Source: Lama guanicoe (taxonomy: Eukaryota). From it: a stretch of 64,000 bases of DNA. The stretch covers positions 21,889,280-21,953,279 of the forward strand of contig MU054187.1 in the NCBI GenBank assembly GCA_013239625.1, read 5' to 3'. The notes below the pieces were generated by a model. That model searched no databases, had not been told where the DNA came from, and saw nothing but the letters and a program-made list of their open reading frames with translations. Positions 14,181-26,172 of the stretch are shown here, in pieces (the stretch's first letter is position 1; each line of letters begins with the position of its first letter). The position numbers and the translations under genes are program-made.

Positions 14181-16513
14181 TCAATTTTATCACCTTAGAT
14201 TTTTCAAGTTTGTAATTTTAACATACCACCTAGTTGAAACTTCTACATTCAGATACTCCATTCTCCTCAAGCTACGTTTACCCAAATTATCTTCCCTTCA
14301 TTGATCTGAGCATGTGTCTCCCTCTCCCCCTGTCCCCCTCTCCCCACTCTCCCCCTGTCCCTTTCACCCTTCCTCCCCTTCTCTCTCCCTCTCTTCCTTT
14401 CTCTGTATGAACACACTCATTTAGGGGGATAAATCCTACAGATTGCCCAATACATCAACTTTCCAATAACAGTGCTGGGAGAAATACTGTGAAAATGCTG
14501 GGGGATAATTTGTAGTTAATCATTCTTAGCTCTTTTTCCGGCATTATTTATCTCAGTGTGTGCCTAACAGTTTTCACTTTTTTAAAGCCAACTTTAGAAA
14601 TCTCAGTGTCTTGGACACAATTTAGACTGATCTCTTTGCTCTGTTGACAGGGAATTTTGAAATTTATAGACAAACATGCTGGAGTAAAATCAATTAAAAT
14701 GCAGGTGATTAATTTGTGCTTCTGAAAAATATATTATGGTCTAAAGTGACATGATTTGACATAAACTGTCTTGAAATTCCAATTTTTATTAACTTTCTAG
14801 TACAAAAGCACAATGAAAGATCAATCATCATTTTTTCAAGACCATACGCCTAAAACTACTATTTCACTTTGCAAGTTTTACCTAATGTTTATTTGAAATT
14901 ATGTGCTACTTTGTAAGTCTTTAATTTATTATTTATGCATTGTGCATAGTCTTTTTTAAAAAATTTGATGACAGTCCACTTTAAAAACTCCTTCTATGCA
15001 TAAATAGTAATAATATGATGAATTCCTGAATTGTTGGCTTTGCTTGATATAAAGGTTTTATTAAAAACTTTATCTCTATTAACATTGTATCAAATAACAT
15101 GAAATTCAATAACTGACCTACTCACATACACCAGAAAGAGATCGAAATCATTTAATGAATTGGAACAAGATCATGATTTACTAATAGAAATAATTATGCA
15201 CAATGTGAAACACCTCCATTAACCACAAACTGCCACACCACACTACCACCATAAAACGGAAAACTGGCCCAGACATCCCAATTCAATAGCAGACTTTCTG
15301 ATCCAACACTGAGACACTTGAGCTCAGAGTCTAAGGGCATTTGCAGTGCTGTTTGCTCGGTTTTTCCAAACCATCTCGGTTCTTGATTCCACATCGCTAT
15401 TGTGTGGATCAAATAATCCCTGGTCACAAAAATATGCCCGGGAGTGACTCCTCTGGCGTCCAGGTTATGAGTGTGGTCAGTCATTCCACATGCCTTGGGG
15501 ATGAGCTATCGTTACCATGATGAGAGATTTCCTTTTCAAGGTTTGTAATCCCCAAATACAAAATCTCAGCATCGATAAAAATCAAAGTAATTAAGAAAAT
15601 GTATCTCAACCTTGCTCAGGATAGTACTGAAATTAGGCTTATCTCTCTCTCTCTCTCTTTTTTTTTTTTTGAACAAAATTAATACTTACCCGGGACAAAG
15701 AAAAACATTCAAAATATACTCTTAGACCTGCAAATATCTAATAGGCTGCTTCTTCAATGTGAACCACAATTAGACATTTAAAAATATAACTTTCACATGT
15801 GCACACTGGATACGTCCATTCTGTGACCCTCAGCGTGGGTCACTGCATTATACAATAACTTGGGAGGGAGAGGAAAAATACAAAGCAATTCTGGAAAACA
15901 TTTTCTCCTCCTTTTCTTCCGATCTTTCACTATGTCTTGGAAAATGCGGTCATATGTTTTAAACAATATAACTCACTCTGTGTTCGTGGCCTTTCAACAC
16001 TCTGGAATATTCTCGACTTTCCGTGAGCAGAGGTACAGCAGCTCACGGAGTGTCGCTAAATCAGCCCCAGGCTCCTGGCTCTGCGGCGACCTGGATCCAG
16101 ACCTTCCCCGGATTCCCGAGACCCAGCCCTCTGCATCCCGCAGACCACAGGGACCCGCTGGCTTGCGGGATGCTGCTTGGTGTGGTTCCAGGGACCGGAC
16201 ACTGTCAATCTCTTAAGGATAACGGAGTCAGAGAACCTGCCCTCCGGCCTCCTTCTTCTCATCCTTTGCTTTTGGGATTTTACAAGTTGCCTGCAGAGAG
16301 TCAAACGTGGGTCAGGCAAACAAATGTGTTCTTTCCAGCCACCGTAACCGGATCGCTGGAGCGAAATAAACCCGCAGGAGCGTCCAGAGGCCGCAGCCCG
16401 ACCGCCAGCCTGCGCTGAAAGCAACTTCTAAGCGAGGCTGCAAACGCCGCCGGGGTGCAGATTTTAGTCGGTGCCTAAACACAACCACGACAAGCCCATC
16501 TCCCCCGCCCCCT

Positions 16514-16514
<1 letters not shown>

Positions 16515-16556
<42 letters not shown>
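16515..16556. repeat. (CA)21 microsatellite in the CA3 promoter
   Basis: Perfect dinucleotide run. Confidence 0.95.
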
Positions 16557-16558
<2 letters not shown>

Positions 16559-16938
16559 GCATGGATCGCGGAGGGTGGACAGGGTGAGAGCCGCTGGCAT
16601 TTCTGCACGTCGGCACCGGGGTCAGAGAGCCCTGCAGCTTTAGCAGACGGGAGGGAGGGCTGGAGGGGCCAGGAGACTCGCTTCCAAGGGGGAGGAGGGG
16701 CTCCGCCCATCTCCCCCGATCCCAGCAGCTGTCCAGCCCTTGGAATTCATTGGCTTCCCCCACCCGCCTCCCAAATACCACCCCAATCCAGCTTAGCCCC
16801 CCGCCCCACCCTCGCTGACCGAATAAGGCCATGCAGTGTGTGGGGGGGACCTACATAAAAGGCCCGGGCTCGCCGGGACTGCGCGCGACGCCGCCGGGGA
16901 CAGAAGGCAGCCGCCGTCCAGCGCCCACAGGGAGGACC

Positions 16939-16972
16939 ATGGCCAAGGAGTGGGGCTACGCCAGCCACAACG
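16939..16972 (+). CDS. CA3: CA3 coding exon 1 ([12 protein letters not shown])
   Basis: Kozak-like ACCATGG start; 34 nt, then GTGAG donor. Confidence 0.96.
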
Positions 16973-19900
16973 GTGAGCGAGCGGGGGCGCGGCGCCGCGC
17001 AGGGAAGCGAAGCGGGCCGCTCGGGCGGGCGAGGGCGCCGGAAGATGAGGGCGGAGGGGTCGAGGGAAACCAACACTTACCGAGCACTTTCCAAGTGCCA
17101 CCGCCCACCCCCGATGCTTTGCCCTTGGTCTCACTCCGTTCTCCCTGGAGTGGAGCGGCATTACTCCCCGCTGGAGGGAACCGCAGCGCAGGGAGGCTCG
17201 GGCACTTGCCCGGATCGCACTGCCTCCGACTGAGCAGTCAGACCACCGAGGTCCAGGTCTGATTGTCCCCTGCCCCGTGATACCGGGCAAGCGCTTAACC
17301 TCTCTGAGCCCGGTGTCAGTATAAACCGCTCTGCCTGCAGCCTCTGCCTAACCCACTGCAGAAGGAAAATGGGCATGCTTTGAAATCCACGTGGCACTGG
17401 TAAAACGTGATGAGGTCCATTTCAAAAATAAGCCTTGAGGCTATATGCTTGACAGGGGGCGGAAATAAACTGAGCTAAACATAGTTTTCAGGTACACCAT
17501 TAACAAAACGATGAACAGATCTTAAACACTGAGACTTGCATTGCCCAATCTGAAATCCAAGACCTTTGATAATCACTGCCTAGCCTCTGTGTGTTTTTCT
17601 GGTTCAGTCAATTAAAAGAGGGCTTGGGTGGCGCCACCAAATAAATCAATGCCCTCAATTTGATTTCCTAGGTCCTGACCACTGGCATGAACTTTACCCC
17701 ATTGCCAAGGGAGACAACCAGTCGCCCATCGAACTGCACACTAAAGACATCAGTCATGACCCCTCTCTGCTGCCATGGACAGCAGCTTACGATCCCGGCT
17801 CTGCCAAGACGATCCTGAACAACGGGAAGACCTGCCGGGTTGTGTTTGATGACACTTATGATAGGTCAAGTAAGTATGACTCTTAAGTAGAGACGTGTGG
17901 ACGTTTTTAATGTCCATGCTGGCAAAATGTGATTTATGACTGCGGCAGCTGCATTAGTGGGAAGAGGGGTCACTTCTTGTCTGAGAATGGAGATGACGTT
18001 TGACTGTGCTCTAGTCATGGAGGATTCTGTTTATGCATTGAATAGGAATGTCTCACTCTAACCCTGGTCACTTTGCTGCTGCAAAATGGCCCCAGGCCCA
18101 AGCTAAAAGTTGGCAATGCACTCCTGAGATTAAGTTGGACAGGTTGGTGAGTAATGAGTCCAAAGGAGTGTTCTTCAGGCTCTCATGGTCTACACCTGAG
18201 GGGGTTTTTGCCTCTTAACCACGGCCTGGAGAGCAAGGCTCCCATTCCCAAATGTGGAACAGATTCTAGTCTACAAAGCAAGGAACACAGCAAAAAAATT
18301 AAGTAGGTCCTCTCTTCCCCTGGTCTGTGGGTAGGGGCCGATCCAGGGCAGAGAGTAGATCTCCTAGCTGAGCCAGGAAGACTTGCCTTCAGTGCTGGAG
18401 TGGGGTTTGCCCGACTAATCATTTTGGTGAGTATTTTAAGTGCCTGACCATGTCTTCTCAAAGCATGATTTGTGCTTGTGTGAAAATGAAAATTTACAGT
18501 TTTTAAAAAAAACCTCTTTTTTTCACCTACACTACCACTTGTAGGTTCCAAGGAAGGAACAGCATAGAAATATATATATATTTCTTGAACAATCATCTGG
18601 CTGGTGTTACTTTTTTCTTTTTCCTCCATTTAAATCCAGTTCCATTCTGAAGGATAAACAACAAAATCAGACAGTGTCTATTAGGTCAAATCACATGAAA
18701 ATGCCTTTTTGTAAATAAAAATGATGGAATATTGACAATTTTGAATGGTTCACCCAAATCAATTGGACTCATAATAACAGTTTCTACTGGTTGGACAGAA
18801 AAATTGCAATTAATGAAACCACTCATTCCTACGTGACTGAGCTCAGAGAAGCCTCGTTCTGTCGTGTTAGACCTATACTGTGGCTTTCAGTCTGTCATTT
18901 CAGCACCAACAGCTGGCCAGTCTTTTCTAGAATAGCTACCCTCTGGATTCTGTTTTGATCTAGCTTATATTGCTAACTTTTGATTTCAGGATTTCTGAAC
19001 AGTTTCCAATATCCCTTAGAAAACATTTGAACTGCTAAATCACTCCCCCGGCTGAATGAAGTGAAACCAAGTTAAGTGACAGGTTGAGGTATTTGGACAA
19101 CAAACTCAAATTCATGCTACTAAGAATCATAGCTGTCCACAGTGATTGATTCCCTGGGAAACGGCTGAATTTTCTATTTCATTGCATTTGAATACATTGT
19201 CTGAATTAGACGTGGGTGAAAAGCTCTCGCTTGTTGTCTTGAAGAAAACTGTGGTGGAAGGCAAGACATGGAGAAAGAATTCACATTTGCTTGGTGATTA
19301 CTGTCCTGGGCACCGTCATGAACAATTTAAAGTCCCTAATCTCATTTAATCCTCACAGCAGCTCTGAAAGGTTAGTATTATTATCACCTTCAGAGGGATG
19401 CAAAAACGGGTTCAGAGAAGTTTAGCAACTTGCCTGAGATCACACAACTCGCAAGGAGGTGGAGCCGGGAGGGGAACCCAAGTCTGCCTGGCTCTCAGCT
19501 GTCGTGTTCTCCCCACTGTACCACACAACAGACCCATCAAATGCCCATCTATTGCTTTTATTTTCATAGATGTTTATTTCACATTTTAAAAAAATTATAA
19601 AGCAAGCAAACAAAATGAGAAAGACAGAAAAGAGAAATCATTTCTTTTGATACATCCCAAGACTTTATTTTGGGAGAAAGAGACCAGTGTGTTTGGGGAT
19701 GCCACCGTCAGCCCAGCAGACGGATCACCTTTGCCTGTCAAGCCTTGGCTAGAAAAGCATGTGTTTAAAGCAGGGCTCTGTAGAAGAAGCATCGAGTTCA
19801 CTGCTGCCCTTGCTTCTCTGAATCACAGTGCTGAGAGGTGGTCCTCTCACTGGATCCTACCGGCTTCGCCAGTTTCATCTCCACTGGGGCTCGTCGGATG

Positions 19901-22900
19901 ATCACGGCTCGGAGCACATCGTGGATGGGGTCAAGTATGCTGCGGAGGTAGGAGAGGCTGCCGTAACCCACTCTCGATCTCACACGGTGAAAACAAAAAA
20001 TAAGGGCAGAATAGCACACACTGTTTTTGCTTCAAGCCTGGAGTTGTGAAAAGAGCTGCAGTAGGTTTAGCATAAACGGAAGCTGCCAAACATGCTGGTC
20101 TAGGCAGTTAAAGGGATGTAGGTGAGTTAGCATCGTGCATGAAGACTCTAGAGAGTTATATTTAGAACTTGGCCAGCAGCTTAATAAAAGAAAAGCCAAG
20201 GTCCCAAATGGAACCGAAAGGACAGGGATAAGTAACACTTATTAAGAGCCTACAAGCGTTAAGTCACTTGATCCTCTCAGCACGCTGTGAGATGGGTTAC
20301 AGATGAGGAAACTGAGGCATGGGAGAGTTACATAACAAAGTCACACAGCCTCAGTGGTAGACCTGGCGCTTTACCTTATGCAGACTGGCTTCATGGTCCG
20401 TCTTGTCTAGTGCCTTAACTGCCTCTTTTACAGGAGTATGGTGCTTTAAAAATAGCGCCTAGTAATTCTGGCTAAGCTCATGAACGGTGTTGAAGGGGGT
20501 ATATATGTGTGTATATGTGTGACTCTCTATATGTACCTAAGTACTTCTACACACACAGATGGATACAGATACACACATGATTTAATATGAGCAAATACTG
20601 CTCTCTGTTTCAGTTAACCCATTAAAGAAAATTCATGATTTTTAGCTGAGATCAAGGCATCAAGTTACAAGGAAATAAGACAAGCCTGCTGCATGTTCTC
20701 TGTATCAGGCCAAGCCTCCAAGGGGTGACAGATGCCCTGAGGTGAGGATAATTCCATGTGTACTTCCAGTCTCTTTCCCAGAGACAGGCTCTGGTCAACA
20801 GAGGAGCTGGGACAGGAAGCTTGGAGGCACTTACAGACACTCTGCTAGGCAGATCACTAGGCAGCCTTTATTTTTTTTTTAATTGAAGAATAATCAGTTA
20901 CAATGTGTCAATTTCTGGCATACAGCGCAATGTCCCAGTCATGCATATATATATACACATATATTCATATCCATATTCTTTTTCATTAAAGGTTATTACA
21001 AGATATTGAATATAGTTTCCTGGCAGCTTAACTGTTGGTTAAACTAAACTGGAGGAGACCCAGAGATCTTGCCTGTGATGATTCCATTTCTCTACAACCC
21101 ACCCAGAAAGCCAGTGACAGGAGAAAGTAATTGAGAATGGCTTCCAGACACCTTCACCCACAAATAGGGAAAGTCTAGAATATTCCTTACGAATGTAGGC
21201 ACAGCTTCCAGCTTGGCCAAGCTGGGATGATCTCATACTTTTCATCTTGAATCAAAGAATTTTTAACTGCTCTGAACTATTGTATTCTCTTGCCATTCTC
21301 TAAGGCAAAGTGGGAAGTTTGACTAATTTAGCCAGTACAAATGTTAGCACTTTAACCTCATTAAGACGAGTTTACCACCAGGTTCTAGGACAGTTGCTGC
21401 TGAAAGGAGATGGTTATCAAACCGCCCAAGGATGTGTCTTCTTGTTTTCCCCCTCCTTCTCCCAATTAATTGTGACTTTAGAATGTTAGCAGATTCCTGC
21501 TTACAGCTCTGTGTTTCACTGTTTGATTTGGTCAGAAAGAGCCTCCTTTATACAAACTAAAATACATATTTTGAATTGGTCTAATGAAAGTTCTGTTTTC
21601 ACTGATTCCACCTATCATAACTTTGTATTTGAACTATTCAAAGTTTCACCAAACTATTGCATGTTAATTTTCAGAATTCCATCAACTTCTCTGAGAGAGT
21701 TCAGCAACCACAGATTGTATAATTATGGGGGTTATTGTGAACAATTTTATACTTATTTCCTTATTCTAGGAATTTACCTCATAACCTCTGTTCTGTGGTT
21801 TCAGCTCCATTTGGTTCACTGGAATTCAAAGTATAACAGTTTTGCAAGTGCTCTGAAGAAACCTGATGGAGTAGCTGTGATTGGCATTTTTCTGAAGGTA
21901 AGGTAAAAATTGACCATATTCTTTTCGAAGTTGAATTCCTTATCGATGCTTAAGTTTCGCTCCCTCCTTATATTTAATGGAGAGAGAGGAATGAATTTCA
22001 GTATTCATTCAGCCAGTCAAGGTATTTCTTCTAAGATCAGCTCAAAATATTTTGCTCTTCCTTAAAAGTGTACCTTTGGTCATACTCCAGTACCCCTAGC
22101 ACTTCTAAATGTTCTCAGGATTCAGGATGTATATATTTGTGTGTGTGTGTGTGTGTGTGTGCCCGCGTGTGTGTATGTGTAGGAGTGGTGGGGATGGAGC
22201 CTTTGAAGGAGCTTATGATGGTGAAGGTGAAGGCATGGGCAGTGTTGTTCTTTACCCTTTCCGCTTCTCCACATCAATTGCACTGGAAACCAGAAAAGCC
22301 AATGTTGGGAACCACTGCGATGCCAAGTCCCTGGCTGGACGTTCCTACGGCTTAGGGTGGCCACCACTCACATGACCCCAGGCTAAGATAGCACCTGGAA
22401 TGTGTGTGTTGTTGAGCCAGCCATGGTTTAGAGAGGACTTAGTGTCATTAACACATGAACCTGGTGGTAACATAATCTAGATTTCAAGCCGGAGGTGAAA
22501 ATCTATCTTCTTTATTTTTGAATGACCTAATTTGTTTTATGTTCTGAATTCATTGGGTCATTCTGAGTGCTTGAACACAGTATTACAGGAAGTGGAATTG
22601 AGTGAGTCTGAGCAGAAAGACAGTGAGTCTAGTGTTGGTTACATTGAGTCCATCCTAGCTCTAATTTGATTGAAAAAGAAAGTGAAATGACTTCACAGAG
22701 AAGGTCAAGGACGCAGAAGTAAATCAACATGTAATTTTGTGGTTTTGTACTTCAGAGGCTTGGAGTCCAAGTTTAGTTCAGAAAATACATACTCTAAAAT
22801 CGCGGTGGGGGGAATAAACTTATGTTTTTGCTTAGTACGAGATATGCTGGCAGATTTATAAACACTAGTTGAAGGTGGATGGATTAAAATCAGTTTTTAA

Positions 22901-25338
22901 GACAATCCTAAATTATGGAGAAGAGAAAATATAATTGTTGGTTTTCTTTTGTTCTTCCTTTCTTTTCTTTCTTTCTTTTTTCTTTTTCTTCTTCTTTTTT
23001 TTTTTTTTTTACAGATAGAAAATTGCTCCTTGATGCACTGGACAAAATTAAGACAAAGGTAAAAAACAACAACAACGACCCATTTTCCCTCCTAGGGCAT
23101 AAAGCAGAATATGGCAGTTTTTCTCTTTTATATTTTCAGGTGTTTTTCTTTCACCTAAAATCTATTACTAAGTTTGACTAATATGTTAAGCATATATATG
23201 AAAGCAAATGCTATTATATCTGTATGTATATTTGTATAGTTTATAGTTTTTAGAACAATTTCATGTATATAAGCTTACTTAATCTTCATAATCAGCCTGT
23301 TAGATAATTACATTTTTAAGGACGTGTTTGAGAAAGAGGTAGAGCGGTGTTCCCTCACCAAACACACACACGTACACATACACACACTCCACACAGACCC
23401 CACATGCACACACATTTGTAGAGGTACCAAATGTTTGGATCCTAGTGTTGTCCCTTCTCTCCTGAACAGCACCTGTATGTTTTACTTTATTTTTTAACAC
23501 CTTTATTATGGTATGATTCCTGTACAGTAAATGACACATACTTCAGATGTACAATTTAATGAATTTTGATATATGTATATACACCTGTGAAACTACCGCC
23601 ACAATCAAGATAGCTAACATCTCCATCACTCCCCAAGAGGGCATCTGTATATTTTAAATCTTAACAGTAGATTTCTTCTGCTTAACAGACTCATTTTAAT
23701 TGCCTTTGAGGCTGTTCGAATCAAACACTATATAGCTTTACCACCAGAGAAAGTAAGTATTCTTCTGAGTACAACGTTCGATAAAAATGCAAGTGAGCTT
23801 TGTACCATCGAGAATCCCAGCATTAACCTATATGAAATACTTCTGTTCCAGTTTAGAATGAGTTTCTACTTGTTTTCCTTGAGAAATGATAGTTTTATAA
23901 CTCTACCTACAGTGTATAAGGAATAAAATGTTACAGTGACTGTGCCAAAGTCATACCATGCCAAGCGGCATCCCTTCTCGGCCTTTTATTTCTGAAAGGA
24001 GCGTACTTGGTTCCCAAGCTCGGTTTTCTCTCTTGCATCTGAAATCCATCCTCCCCAAACGGTGGGATGCTTGGGGCGGGCGGTGCGCATGCGCCGGCTC
24101 ACCGCGCGGGGCGCTGTGTCCGCTCGCAGGGCAAGGAGGCGCCCTTCACGAACTTCAACCCGTCCTGCCTGTTCCCCGCCTGCCGGGACTACTGGACCTA
24201 CCAGGGCTCCTTCACCACGCCGCCCTGCGAGGAGTGCATCGTGTGGATCCTGCTGAAGGAGCCGATGACCGTGAGCTCCGACCAGGTGAGCGGCGGCCGG
24301 CGCCGGCCCTGTGGGCCCGCGGGCTCCGTGTCGCGTGCACGCGAAACTGAACGTGCGCAGCTGCTAACCGGATGCTTGCCGAACCGCGCCTCGAGTGTGC
24401 CCTGGTTAATTCCGATCAGCCTGTTGAACTTCCTAAAACTGGACTTCCAAAGGGTACCAGGCTAAACGCAGAGCTTGTCAAGGTGGTGGCGAGGCTGAGC
24501 AATAACCGCGTTTGTGTTCTGCAAGCACGTAAGGGCTCAGATGCATATGGGTTAGTCTTTGCTGACTTGGAGGACTGCCAAATACTGAGCTCTGGTTAGG
24601 AGATGGGGTGAGAAGTACAGGCCTGGGGAGAAGGTGCCGATGGAAGGGACTGAACATCCTCGGGGGGTGTATACTCTTTCTCCAGTTTCATAGCTAAGTA
24701 AGTAGAGGCTCAGAAAGGTTAAGTAATTTGCTCATGATCACACAGCCAAGTGCAGGGTCCGAGATTCCGTCCGCCGCCTGGCTGCTTCCGGTACCTTTTA
24801 ACCTCTCTGCCCAGGCCTTGCTTCTAAGTGTTCATCTAAGCTGACTCCATAAACTTATACGGTGACGGCCGATTGAGTTTCTTATTTGCACTAATGCTGT
24901 CATCCCCTTCCACATAAGGAGTAGCTTTCATACTGACCCTCGATTAAAATAACGCTTTCAGAATTCGAGAGGAAAAGATTTTGACCAGAGGGCAGGGTGA
25001 TCCTGTGTGAAAGGAAGCAAAGTGTTTTTATGCAAATGCAGAGAAGGTTTCTATTACTCCGGAACTGGTAACCACCTAACTCTGGACTGAGCGTCGGAGC
25101 CAGGTTTTGTGGTTCGCGTGTCTTGCTTAGAAACCCAGCGACGTCTAGCTCTTTGGTGGCTTGCTTAACGTGTCCCCGTGGTCTGAATGGCATGCAGACG
25201 GTTTCCCCTGCCTTGCAGATGGCCAAGCTGAGAAGCCTCTATGCAAGTGCCGAGAACGAGCCCCCAGTGCCCCTGGTGGGGAACTGGCGCCCTCCGCAGC
25301 CTCTCAAGGGCAGGATAGTGAGAGCCTCTTTCAAGTGA
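16939..25338 (+). CDS. CA3: Carbonic anhydrase 3, spliced CDS: join(16939..16972,17672..17869,19829..19947,21805..21897,23015..23058,24130..24285,25219..25338). Frameshifted in exon 5 as assembled.
   Basis: Exons translate [16 protein letters not shown]...[10 protein letters not shown]...RLRQFHLHW...ELHLVHW...[11 protein letters not shown]...RASFK*. CA III-diagnostic Lys64, Arg67, Arg91, Phe198 and Cys183/188 are present. All introns are GT-AG. Confidence 0.97.
17672..17869 (+). CDS. CA3: CA3 exon 2
   Basis: ttcctag acceptor; 198 nt [10 protein letters not shown]...[23 protein letters not shown] donor. Confidence 0.96.
18679..18759. mobile_element. MADE2-like mariner MITE
   Basis: About 80-bp element with imperfect terminal inverted repeats (tattaggtcaaatcacatgaaaatgcc ... 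gacaattttgaatggttcacccaaat). Confidence 0.55.
19310..19530. mobile_element. MIR SINE
   Basis: ctcatttaatcctcacagc...gttcagagaagtttagcaacttgcctgagatcacacaac core. Confidence 0.7.
19829..19947 (+). CDS. CA3: CA3 exon 3 (zinc ligands His94/His96, Glu106)
   Basis: cacag acceptor; 119 nt [46 protein letters not shown] donor. Confidence 0.96.
20870..21020 (-). mobile_element. Young L1 3' tail, antisense, in CA3 intron 3
   Basis: Poly(T) followed by the reverse complement of the tail at 29427-29583; flanked by ggcagcctt/ggcagctt. Confidence 0.7.
21805..21897 (+). CDS. CA3: CA3 exon 4 (His119)
   Basis: tttcag acceptor; 93 nt [37 protein letters not shown] donor. Confidence 0.96.
22138..22160. repeat. 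(TG)n microsatellite in CA3 intron 4
   Basis: Dinucleotide run. Confidence 0.9.
23015..23058 (+). pseudogene. CA3: CA3 exon 5, 44 nt: 19 nt short and frameshifting (possible disabled allele or assembly error)
   Basis: Long pyrimidine tract plus ACAG acceptor, then ATAGAAAA followed by TTG CTC CTT GAT GCA CTG GAC AAA ATT AAG ACA AAG ([12 protein letters not shown]) out of frame; GTAAAA donor. The paralogous CA2 exon 5 is 63 nt. Confidence 0.7.
24060..24420. promoter_or_regulatory. Intragenic CpG island over CA3 exon 6, with GC box and NRF1-like TGCGCATGCGC (24084-24094)
   Basis: Dense CpGs in the exon and both flanking intron ends; GGGGCGGGC at 24073-24081. Confidence 0.65.
24130..24285 (+). 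CDS. CA3: CA3 exon 6 (Phe198, Thr199, Cys183/188)
   Basis: cgcag acceptor; 156 nt [58 protein letters not shown] donor. Confidence 0.96.
25219..25338 (+). CDS. CA3: CA3 exon 7, coding part
   Basis: ttgcag acceptor; [42 protein letters not shown]. Confidence 0.96.
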   Translation: MAKLRSLYASAENEPPVPLVGNWRPPQPLKGRIVRASFK

Positions 25339-26065
25339 GGCCGCGGGAGCTTGCCCTCTTCAGGAAAGGACACCGGCCGCTGCGGAGCCTGGGTCCTCCC
25401 TCCTTTTGGTGCTCCTTCCTCCAAGTCTATTTCAGTTTTCCACACTGAGCAGTGAGGGTGAGAGATGCAGTCGCCGAGAAACCACAGTTACTGTTGACAA
25501 GATCTAGGACGAAAGCATTTGGCCTTTGTAATAATCATCTTTCCTGTAAAAGCAGCACTTCTAGTAAGGTTTCGAAGAAGAGGAAACAGATGGAAGAACA
25601 AAGATGAGAAAAGTGGCTCTTGGGCACCGCTTTTGTGGCATCTTGAGTTTCACAGAACTTCAGTTTTACTATTTTCATATTGTGAGCTGTCTGTCCGTCT
25701 TCGAGAAATCATGAGTAATTCTCTATGTAGGAGTAGAGGTGTATGAAGATCACATAGCAATTCAACATAAGCCAGAAATTAAAATGACTGTGGACTCCAA
25801 GAATTGAGAAGATGATGCGTTTAACCCTTAAATGAAACCAACAAAAGGCCCATCATTTATTAAAATTTTAACTACTATAAAGATTGCCTGGTTTTGATTA
25901 TCTATGAAAGTTAAACACATTTGACCAGGCGTTTAAACCAGTCTGACCTGATATCTGAATTTTTTTCTGCCTAAAGATGGTTGACTTTACCCTATTATCT
26001 TTCTTTACCTGAAGGAAGGCCATTCATTTTTCATTTTACTCCTTTTATCTTTGCATGCTTATTAA

Positions 26066-26172
26066 AATAAAAGCTGCCTCTGATATCTTCCTAATGTGAG
26101 GGTGGGGTTAATGCTTCCCAGAACACATGGGAGTGAATGACCGCAGTTGTACTGATCACCAAAACTAATAAA
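26066..26172 (+). terminator. CA3: Candidate CA3 polyadenylation signals: AATAAA at 26066-26071 and 26167-26172
   Basis: Two hexamers 0.7-0.8 kb past the stop codon; the second is followed by a GT-rich element (gttgagtgttgtgtttttt). Confidence 0.65.

Larger units (their letters stand above)
16050..17300 (+). promoter_or_regulatory. CA3: CA3 CpG-island promoter with TATA-like CATAAAA (16854-16860) and E-box CAGCTG (16726-16731)
   Basis: GC- and CpG-dense region spanning exon 1; TATA-like element about 80 nt upstream of the ATG. Boundaries approximate. Confidence 0.8.

Noticed and set aside
14002..14304. 100-aa ORF with endonuclease-like residues
   Set aside because: Degenerate L1 ORF2 fragment running into flanking DNA, not a host gene.
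1..15000. CA1 exons, expected upstream in the CA1-CA3-CA2 cluster
   Set aside because: I found no carbonic anhydrase-like coding sequence on either strand; CA1 probably lies outside the window.
15860..17397. Cluster of 80-165 aa ORFs on both strands around CA3 exon 1
   Set aside because: CpG-island and microsatellite artefacts with no recognisable domain.
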